A DNA stretch of 64,000 nucleotides from a virus (Duplodnaviria > Caudoviricetes): IMG/VR virus record IMGVR_UViG_3300014206_000010, positions 24,452 to 88,451 of that record. One strand, written 5' to 3'. Under the pieces are notes generated by a model. The model did not search any database and was not told the DNA's origin. It saw only the letters and a program-made list of their open reading frames with translations. The translations under genes were made by a program, and so were the position numbers. Below are positions 56,425 through 64,000 of this stretch, in pieces. The first letter of the stretch is position 1. Every line of letters begins with the position of its first letter.

Positions 56425-57546
56425 TTAGAAGTTTTTCTTGACAGGTTTTTCTTCCTCTTCCTCATCTTCTTCCTCATCGTCTTCCTCTTCTTCCTCGTCT
56501 GGTTCTGGTTCTTTGACTACTTTTTTAAAAGTTTTCTTTGAAGATTTTTTGTCTAAATTTTCTTCCATCTTCTTTCGGTTTTCACCTAATTTTTTGTCAA
56601 TCTTTTGAACGGTGGCAGTAATATATTCCATTAAACCAGAGATGATTTCAACTGCTTCAGAAAGTGTAATTCCTTTAATAAAAGGAGCACCACTCCAACA
56701 AATTTTATATTCAATATCAGCTTTATCAAGAATATCAGTAGACTTAGTGAAAGTTAAAAGATAAAGATTACATTTGATTGAACCATCATTTTGAGCAGAA
56801 CAATTTTCAATAAGAACCATTGAACGCTGAGAATTCTTACCTTTATGTTTGATTGTAACTCCAGCACTTGCTACCCAAGAATATACATATTCACTTTCAG
56901 GAAATAAGTCTTTCAAAGGCTCAAATGCTTTTCTATCTTCTTCATTATTTTTTGGGTCAAGTTTTGTACCACGTTTTCCGGCAGGTTTTTTAGCTTTCTT
57001 TTCAACCTTAATTTCCTTTTTTACTTCTTTTACCTCAGGAACAGGTTTTTCATCTTCTTCATCATCTTCTTCGTCATCCTCTTTTGTAGCATCAACAATA
57101 GCCTTGCGAATATCATCATCAGACATAGATTTCTTTACTTTAATTCCAAGACCATTTTCCTTATTAAATTTCTTAAGGGCAGTTCTGTCCATAGAATTAA
57201 GGTCAAGACCTTCTTCTTCATCATCCTCTTCTTCATCTTCCTCATCTGGTTCTTCAACCTTTTTAGAAGATTTTGCTGATTTTTTAACAGGCTGTTCTTC
57301 TTCTTTAGTTACTTCTTCAGAAAGTTCATCTGCTTCATCTTCTTCTGAAGGATTTTTTTCACTTTCATCTTCTACAAAAGATTCAGCAATTTCAACCAAA
57401 GTCTCAATGTCTTCATCCTCCATACCGTCAATTCCATTACTGGTAAGAATTTTAAGAAGTTCTTTACGTGCTTCTTCTTCAGTTTTAACATTAATTCCTA
57501 ATGTTTTTACTCTTTTTGCAGTTGCTGCATTCAATTTAGTTGCCAT
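56425..57546 (-). CDS. Highly acidic protein sharing a ~35-aa helical module with SSB
   Basis: D/E tracts; MDRTALKKFNKENGLGIKVKKSMSDDDIRKAI. Confidence 0.7.
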   Translation of the reverse strand: MATKLNAATAKRVKTLGINVKTEEEARKELLKILTSNGIDGMEDEDIETLVEIAESFVEDESEKNPSEEDEADELSEEVTKEEEQPVKKSAKSSKKVEEPDEEDEEEDDEEEGLDLNSMDRTALKKFNKENGLGIKVKKSMSDDDIRKAIVDATKEDDEEDDEEDEKPVPEVKEVKKEIKVEKKAKKPAGKRGTKLDPKNNEEDRKAFEPLKDLFPESEYVYSWVASAGVTIKHKGKNSQRSMVLIENCSAQNDGSIKCNLYLLTFTKSTDILDKADIEYKICWSGAPFIKGITLSEAVEIISGLMEYITATVQKIDKKLGENRKKMEENLDKKSSKKTFKKVVKEPEPDEEEEEDDEEEDEEEEEKPVKKNF

Positions 57547-57597
57547 TTTTATTACGATTTAAAATTTGTTTATATTACTATTATTAAAAACTTTTTG

Positions 57598-58239
57598 TTA
57601 ATCTTCATCCATGTTATAACTTGAATAAACTTTGCGTTGCTGAAGTAACTCATTGCCGTATTTTTTTATGAGATAACTTTTTTGCATTTCTATTATATCT
57701 GTTACGGTGAACGGCTCGTCTCCATTATCAATCACTTGTTTTTTAATTTTTTTCTCTTCGTTGTTAAAATAAACTTTGTTAAGAATTTTTGTATTATAAC
57801 CCCGCAAGAAAAGACTAAAAACAGCTCTTTCTTTTCCAACCAATCCTTCTAAAAGGTCAACACTATTAACAATAAATTTATTTTTTTCTGAAGAAATTTT
57901 AGTATCATCTTCTATTCCATAATCATAGTTTATGTCATCAATTCTTGTTTTATGATTTTCTCTACTGATATATTTTATAAAATCTCTTGTTTTATTAGAG
58001 CAAGCAGCTGCAAGATAAAAACGAATTGGCACAGGTTTTGAAGCTTCATTTCTGCGATACTTAGCCCATCTTCTACCATAAGATTTAATAGATGTGAATA
58101 TTTTTATTTTGAATTCTTGTACTAAATCTTCAAATTCAAAAGATAACTCTTCATATGAAAATATTTTACTGGCGTATTTATTACCAAGATATTCATATCT
58201 GTGATAGAGTTTTTCTGACATTTTAATATCCTTTTCCAT
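57598..58239 (-). CDS. Sigma-factor-like protein
   Basis: SFEFEDLVQEFKIKIF (region 2-like DLxQE); LVGKERAVFSLFLRGY (region 4-like). Confidence 0.6.
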   Translation of the reverse strand: MEKDIKMSEKLYHRYEYLGNKYASKIFSYEELSFEFEDLVQEFKIKIFTSIKSYGRRWAKYRRNEASKPVPIRFYLAAACSNKTRDFIKYISRENHKTRIDDINYDYGIEDDTKISSEKNKFIVNSVDLLEGLVGKERAVFSLFLRGYNTKILNKVYFNNEEKKIKKQVIDNGDEPFTVTDIIEMQKSYLIKKYGNELLQQRKVYSSYNMDED

Positions 58240-58284
58240 TTTGATTTACAATTTTAATTTACAATTTGGATTACAATTACGATA

Positions 58285-58315
58285 CGAAGTTAATACTTTT
58301 TTTACAAACGGCAAA
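58285..58315 (-). promoter_or_regulatory. Variant Bacteroidota-type promoter (TTTG-N19-TAACTTCG) upstream of the sigma-like gene
   Basis: Shares TTTGCCGTTTGTAAAAAAAGTATTA with the other copies. Confidence 0.7.
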
Positions 58316-58415
58316 ATATTTTCCAAAAAATTATTGGGTTTTCCAAAAAATTTAACCTTTATTAATAAATAAACTTGGATAACCCAATAAATAATTGTAT
58401 AATCTCAATATAAAA

Positions 58416-58847
58416 TCATAATATTCTACAAACTTCATTTTTATTAGCAATTTCATATTCTTGTAACCTTGTAGAATAAAGTGTCAAAGTTTTGTCCTTA
58501 TTGATTTGATCTAAAATCCAAATATCTCCCCTAAATGAAAAATCGTTACCAACAGCATAATAATTTTCCAAATCTATTTTATTCATTTCAAATTTAGGCT
58601 TTCCAAGTCTATCAAATAATTCATTTTTTAATTCTTCCATCTTAGAAGAATTATTCAATATACTATCTAAACGATTTCTATTTGCTATATCATTTATTTT
58701 TTCAGTCTTGTAATTCATTACTTTCTGATAATACGATTTATCATTCGGACTGAAATAAATTTTTTTTCTAAATTCAGCAATCAAATACTCTTTTTGTATT
58801 GCAAGAAAATATTCTGCTACTGAAAGATTTCTTGTTTTTGTTGTCAT
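58416..58847 (-). CDS. Hypothetical protein
   Basis: ORF track. Confidence 0.6.
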   Translation of the reverse strand: MTTKTRNLSVAEYFLAIQKEYLIAEFRKKIYFSPNDKSYYQKVMNYKTEKINDIANRNRLDSILNNSSKMEELKNELFDRLGKPKFEMNKIDLENYYAVGNDFSFRGDIWILDQINKDKTLTLYSTRLQEYEIANKNEVCRIL

Positions 58848-58852
58848 ATCAA

Positions 58853-59827
58853 TTATTTTTTTAATTTACCAATTACATCTGTGTTAAAATCTCTCGGCTT
58901 TTGTAAATTTGTAAAAACTTCCAATGCTTCTTCTTTACTACATTCATCAATGTCTTTCTTTGTTGTATAAACTATACTTGTCATGAAGTAGTTTTCAAGT
59001 TCCAAACCGTATCTTTTAATATCCTTTATAGCATCAAAATCATATAATAATATAACATTTGTAACTCCTTTCAATCTTAATTTCTTACTTTGTTCAGATG
59101 ATATTTTTTTACCAAATGTACACACGCATTTAATTTCTTCAGTGTCCCAAAGTCTTAACGTTTTATCAACAGCAATTTTATCAAAAATTCCTTCAACCAA
59201 AACAACAGTTAAAGTATTTTCTGTTATTTCATCATAACCAAATAACAGTTCCGAAAATTCAGTTCCTGGACTATTTTTATATCTCAATTGATCAGTAGGA
59301 ACTTTTTTAGCACCGTATCTTCCAACAAATCCTTTTATTTTACCATTATCATATATTGGAATTAAAACATAATTTTCATATTTTCTAAACAAATTTGTAT
59401 GACCTATATTATAACGTTTACAATTATCAGGTGTTATACCACGATTTTTTAGATATTTCGTGCTTGCTAATGAAACTTTCCACCCTGCCGGCATACTTAC
59501 TAATGGAAGTTCTTTCAACGTCACCTCATCGTTCTTTAACTCTTCTTCTAACATACCACGAAGGCTTTGAATAGTATCTCTATTTTCAATAGTTGCTCCA
59601 CCAAGTAAATATGTTTTATCAAGCTGTTTTAAAAGTTTGTAAATACTTCCGTGAGAACCACATTTTTTACAATCAAATAATTGAGTTTCTTTTGATATAT
59701 AAAAATGTTGTTCTTTACCGCAGAAAGGACAATCACATATGTATTGACCCCTACGATTGAGTTTAGGATTTATCAATAAATCTCTCAAATCTATATCAGA
59801 AATTGTTCTTGTCTTTATTTTTCTCAT
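58853..59827 (-). CDS. dnaG: DNA primase (zinc finger + TOPRIM)
   Basis: CPFCG..CKKC, YLKNRGI, VEGIFD, YDFD. Confidence 0.92.
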   Translation of the reverse strand: MRKIKTRTISDIDLRDLLINPKLNRRGQYICDCPFCGKEQHFYISKETQLFDCKKCGSHGSIYKLLKQLDKTYLLGGATIENRDTIQSLRGMLEEELKNDEVTLKELPLVSMPAGWKVSLASTKYLKNRGITPDNCKRYNIGHTNLFRKYENYVLIPIYDNGKIKGFVGRYGAKKVPTDQLRYKNSPGTEFSELLFGYDEITENTLTVVLVEGIFDKIAVDKTLRLWDTEEIKCVCTFGKKISSEQSKKLRLKGVTNVILLYDFDAIKDIKRYGLELENYFMTSIVYTTKKDIDECSKEEALEVFTNLQKPRDFNTDVIGKLKK

Positions 59828-60497
59828 ATCTAATATATCCCTTTATCCAACCTTTTGGAATTTCTGAGTTTATATCATTTCTTTTGTTAATCTTACCATT
59901 ATTTATCCAAAAGAACTTTGAACCATACATTGGATTGTTTTTACCAATGAACTTTTTCCTTATCCCTTCTTTTTCTTCTGCTGTTAAGTTAGCAAATGGG
60001 TCTTTGCCTTTTCTTATATCGCTCCAATGTTTCTTAGTATCTTTTGAATGTTTTTTACCTTTCATTGGATGATTTTCTCTAAACATTTTAATCATTTGTC
60101 TCCTTTTGCTTTCGCTCCATTTCTTTTGAAAGTTAGGATTACCCGCTCCAGTCAACTTCCTTCTTATCTTTTCACGCACTTCAGGAAGTTTTGCTGGATT
60201 GCCCTGATTATTAACGTCTCCGCGAACTATATTGTATCCAATCTTCGGGTCAGTTGATTTATACTTAACAATATAAACATGTTCCCAAATATTCATTTCG
60301 TGATGAGTTTCGCATAGCTTCAATATTTTACGTTTGAAATTGCTTCGCCTGTATTTCTTGACTGCTTTAAGGAAAATAACTCCACTGCCCAAATAAGTAG
60401 CATTGAATCTTTTATTTGCATTAAACTCGTGTTGTCCAATATATATCTTTCCATTTACTAAACAAGTTGTTTTGTAGATAAATCCAATTGGTTTCAT
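59796..60497 (-). mobile_element. Free-standing GIY-YIG homing endonuclease
   Basis: GFIYKTTCLVNGKIYIGQH, YLGSG, HPMKGKKHS, NPMYG, WINNG..GWIKG. Confidence 0.88.
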
Positions 60498-60553
60498 GAT
60501 TTTTAAATTTTTCTACTTAATAACTGCGGTGAAACTTCAACCGCTATTCTGTG

Positions 60554-61915
60554 TCATTCATTATCATATTCCATATTTAATTCCATGGTTCTTTTTCTAT
60601 CGTAAAATCTGGCGTGGGAGAAATTATTTGCTATTAAAATAGGACTACCATTTTTATAATCACGTAACTTGTCTGTATGTAATCTCATCACTTCCTCTTT
60701 TGCTTCGTCTCTTGTCTGATTTATAGTGATGAAAATATCCACGGGTCTTAGTTTTCCTTTATCTTCACTGAGTTGAGCACGTGTTATAACAAATTCTGGG
60801 TCATTCTTTTCCTCTTCTGGAATATTACTACTTTGAGTTGCGGTATGTACGACAGCATTAAATTCCATTGCTAACATTTTCATACCTTTAGCAAGTTTTG
60901 CTTGACGAAAACGTTCTTCTCCTGGCGTGTAATTATGTCCATCACCTACTTCTAATAATTCCAAATAGTCTATAATAATAACATCAATTTTACCATATAA
61001 TTTTTCCATTTCTTTGACTTCTTTTCGAATGTCAACAAGAGTCTTAGCATTAAAACTTTCTTCTGAAGAAACAATAATATCAGATTTTCGAAGTTTCTTT
61101 ATAATACGCTTTGAAACAGCCATTTTCTTAGCAGGTATATTACCAAGTTTCACATCTTGATAAAGAGTTCCAGTCCAAGCAGCATCATAACGATTTAAAC
61201 ATTGTTCCTTAGTACCTTCTAATTGAAAGTGAGCGACTCTAAATCCCTGTCTTGCGGCAGCAACCCCAATATGAACCAAAACTTGACTCTTACCAGCTCC
61301 AGAATCTCCTAACCATAAAACACATTCTCCTGTTTCAGGACCACCATTTTCTCCTCCTAAACGATAATCAATTTCATCAATAACAGTAGGTATTTTGTAT
61401 CTATATTTCCAATCTTCACTTCTTCGTTTTGCTTGTCTTTCAGCAAAGTCAGAAAATACAGTTTCAAATTTAGCATTTTTAATTGAAAATTTACTAAAAT
61501 CTTCAGCATATTTCACAAATAAATCCCAAGCTTTATCTTTTTCACCTCTATTATATACATCAGCAATAAGGTCATTGGCTTCAAGAAACTTCATCTTTTT
61601 GATAAAAGTCTCAAAGGAATCTATTATTAATTCATAACCTCCTTTTTCATCAATTTCAATATCTGAAATTTCTTCTAATTTGTCAAGAACTTTTTCATCG
61701 TCAGAAAATTGTTGTTGAATCTGACCTAAAGATGGAACTTTGCCAGTTTGGTCATACCGTTTTGTAGCCCACTGCCACAATTTCTTTTCAGAATCAATTT
61801 GTAAGTAAGAAAATTTTAAATATTGTTTTGTTATTTCAAATACAGTTCTTCTTTCAAAAGCTGCTGCAAATAACTCAATTACAAAATTACTTGTTAAACT
61901 ATTATCTTTCGTCAT
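60554..61915 (-). CDS. dnaB: Replicative DnaB-like helicase
   Basis: GDSGAGKS, FQLE, IIIDYLELL, TATQ. Confidence 0.9.
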   Translation of the reverse strand: MTKDNSLTSNFVIELFAAAFERRTVFEITKQYLKFSYLQIDSEKKLWQWATKRYDQTGKVPSLGQIQQQFSDDEKVLDKLEEISDIEIDEKGGYELIIDSFETFIKKMKFLEANDLIADVYNRGEKDKAWDLFVKYAEDFSKFSIKNAKFETVFSDFAERQAKRRSEDWKYRYKIPTVIDEIDYRLGGENGGPETGECVLWLGDSGAGKSQVLVHIGVAAARQGFRVAHFQLEGTKEQCLNRYDAAWTGTLYQDVKLGNIPAKKMAVSKRIIKKLRKSDIIVSSEESFNAKTLVDIRKEVKEMEKLYGKIDVIIIDYLELLEVGDGHNYTPGEERFRQAKLAKGMKMLAMEFNAVVHTATQSSNIPEEEKNDPEFVITRAQLSEDKGKLRPVDIFITINQTRDEAKEEVMRLHTDKLRDYKNGSPILIANNFSHARFYDRKRTMELNMEYDNE

Positions 61916-62528
61916 ATCCTCGTTTTATATATATTTTTGGATACTCCTGTTTCAAGAGTATTTTACATTCTTTTTTAAACAAACAAGTTGCACATTTAGA
62001 ACTTTTATGAAAATATAACGTTGTATTAGCAATACACCATAAGAATCCTCTTTTAGTATTATGATAATCTTCCTTGAATTTTTCTTCAACTGGACGAATA
62101 CTCGTTACTATTTTACCAATTTCAGTTTTCTTTTTTACTATATTTATTTGATGATTTTGTTTTAATCCAATTCTTGTTATATATACATTAGTGGCAATAT
62201 CATATTTTTTCCAACGTATAATAGCAGACTTTCCAAAAATCCAACTGAAACGTATTTGTCTTGAATAATCTTTTTCACTTCCATCATTAAACCAACTTTG
62301 TACCCCATACTGTAAAAATTTTCTAACAAATTCTTCTCCTATACTATCTGAAAATGTATTCATGAAATTATTCCAACAAGCTGTATCTGAATTATTACAT
62401 TTGTAATTTACTTTTCTTTTGGTTACTTGTTCTAATAATTTTATGAATGTATCTACGGCATATCTGAAAAGTCTTTGTCTCTTTCGATTATTTTTTACCA
62501 TAATTCCAACCATTTGGTAATTCTTCAA
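61902..62528 (-). CDS. Hypothetical protein (start uncertain)
   Basis: ORF track; overlaps the end of the homing endonuclease gene. Confidence 0.6.
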   Translation of the reverse strand: MKNYQMVGIMVKNNRKRQRLFRYAVDTFIKLLEQVTKRKVNYKCNNSDTACWNNFMNTFSDSIGEEFVRKFLQYGVQSWFNDGSEKDYSRQIRFSWIFGKSAIIRWKKYDIATNVYITRIGLKQNHQINIVKKKTEIGKIVTSIRPVEEKFKEDYHNTKRGFLWCIANTTLYFHKSSKCATCLFKKECKILLKQEYPKIYIKRGYDER

Positions 62529-63420
62529 AATTATTTATGTATTTATTATTAATTCCATTATTTATACAAACTTTGCCCTTATTTCCTGGTGATTTTCCTA
62601 TAAAAAAATTAGATAATCTTTTCTTTGTTTCTTCGGTGTGATGCTTTCCCTTGAACGGAGGATTCAAAGATACATATTTTTTTATATTTTCACGATGATT
62701 TTCGCTCAATTTTCTACCTATTAATTTTTCTGATAAATTATTTCTAAAATCTTCAGACATATGTATCCCTTTATTCCAAGGAATTTTGCCTTTATGAGAA
62801 TCAGATATTTTTTTTCTTGTTTTCATTGATGATTTCTTCCCCCTATTCCAAGGAATTTTGCCTTTATTCTTTTCAGAAACTTTATTACTAACTTCTTTAT
62901 TTTTCATTGGATTTTTATCTCCAATTTTTGATAAACCAATTTTCTTTTTAGTCTCACAACTTAATTTCTTATTTTTACCACTTTCAGACATTTTCTTTTT
63001 AGTCTCATCAGAAAGTTTTTTGCCTAAATTTATATCTCTTAATTTTTTTTTAGTAGATTCATCTAAACGTGAACCATTTCCTCCCCAAGCTATGTTACAA
63101 CCGCCTACCTCGTAAGAGTAATGAGATTTTGTTTTCTTTATATAGTATTCTTCAAGAATATCTAAACCCTTTTGATTTACTAATTCAGAAGCATACAAAA
63201 TCTCCCGTTTGATAAGTTTACGCCAGCATGTTGGATAATCTTGCTTCAAACGATTTATAAAATCAGTCCAAATCTTTCCACTACCTTCATAATTAGAAAC
63301 ACTGGAAGATAAGAAGTGTTTTAACCCTCTTTTCTCCCAGTGTTGTCCTACATAGAATGGTTTATGACCGTCAAACTTATATTTTGCTATGATAGTGAAT
63401 TTGTATATTATTCCATCCAT
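62488..63420 (-). mobile_element. Free-standing GIY-YIG homing endonuclease (NUMOD3 repeats)
   Basis: GIIYKF..FYVGQH, YEGSG, LSDETKKKMS and KIPWN repeats, CINNG..GWNYG. Confidence 0.88.
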
Positions 63421-64000
63421 TTTTTAATCCATTTTTTCAAAGTTTCTGACCAGTCTTCACAAGAAACATCTAATATACCAACTTTCTTTTCTCCTATTCT
63501 ATCAACATAATTATTTAACCTTGTTTCAGAATGTTTTGAAAAATAAGCATCATATAAATCAAAAAAATCTATAATTACACTTTTTTTCTTATTATCAGTT
63601 ACCCCCAATACTCTACCGCAGCGTTGTATTATATTCGCTTCTTCCAATCCGCCATCTACATTCAGTAATACTTGCGCAGCAGGAAGAGTCACGCCTTTCT
63701 TAAATATATCAGATGCTAATAAAAAACCGCCTTCACCTTCTAAAAATTCTGCCTTTGCTCGCTCACGCTCATCACTTCCATCAATGCCGCTGATAAAAGG
63801 TATTCCCGAAAGTATTTCAACGTTGCGTCCATGCTCTACGCTTTGGAAAAGCACAAGCGTTTTTAATCTTAGCTCACGAAGTATTTCTATCACTGAAAGT
63901 AGTATCTTATTTCTCAAATCGTTTTCAAAAATCAATTCTTTTCTGAATCCGTTATAATCTTCCACTTCTACGTCATACTCAATATCATTATGGTCAATTA
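63408..64000 (-). CDS. SF2 helicase (UvsW-like), C-terminal part; 5' end lies beyond the window
   Basis: Frame is open to base 64000 (IDHNDIEYDVEVEDY..); LVLFQSVEHG, ASDIFKKGVTLP, QRCGRVL. Confidence 0.85.
   Translation of the reverse strand, partial: IDHNDIEYDVEVEDYNGFRKELIFENDLRNKILLSVIEILRELRLKTLVLFQSVEHGRNVEILSGIPFISGIDGSDERERAKAEFLEGEGGFLLASDIFKKGVTLPAAQVLLNVDGGLEEANIIQRCGRVLGVTDNKKKSVIIDFFDLYDAYFSKHSETRLNNYVDRIGEKKVGILDVSCEDWSETLKKWIKKWME

Noticed and set aside
110-63115. All plus-strand ORFs in the track (e.g. 56849-57562, 47840-48145, 37925-38317)
   Set aside because: They are antisense shadows of minus-strand genes. Their Ser/Phe/Leu-rich composition is the complement of Glu/Asp/Lys codons, and they have no motifs.
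1-64000. Genome-wide stop-codon reassignment (TGA=Trp or TAG=Gln)
   Set aside because: Long genes read cleanly in code 11, TGA terminates several genes in ATGA overlaps, and HU ends in TAG. Only one internal TGA was found.

Overview
A 64-kb segment of a very AT-rich (roughly 25-30% GC by eye) large lytic dsDNA tailed phage, probably a jumbo phage. Every credible gene is on the minus strand. The host is probably Bacteroidota: five copies of a TTTG-N19-TAnnTTTG-type promoter are present. Contents: head and packaging genes (portal, MuF-like protein, large terminase, putative internal head proteins); nucleotide metabolism (class II RNR, dUTPase, thymidylate-synthase-fold enzyme, HD nucleotidase); a full replication/recombination set (DnaE-type polymerase, primase, DnaB, SSB, RecA, UvsY-like, SbcCD, RuvC, 5'-3' exonuclease, DnaQ-like exonuclease, two UvrD-like and one SF2 helicase, HU); two sigma-like proteins; four GIY-YIG homing endonucleases. 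Highlights: (1) a circularly permuted, two-piece, apparently pseudoknot-free tmRNA gene with a structured 123-nt intervening segment; (2) a dispersed candidate DNA hypermodification pathway (dUMP hydroxymethylase-like enzyme, aGPT-Pplase1/5-hmdU-kinase-helical-family protein coupled to an FkbM methyltransferase, a TAGT-like glycosyltransferase, a GT4 plus PIG-L deacetylase pair, Nmad1 and HD proteins); (3) a polymerase alpha gene split in two by a homing endonuclease ORF with no room for an intron; (4) a kinase plus ADP-ribosyltransferase-like fusion protein missed by the ORF track; (5) a Trp-rich ~25-aa module shared by four unrelated proteins; (6) an in-frame TGA inside the GT4 gene. All family assignments come from motif recognition by eye; no database searches were run.
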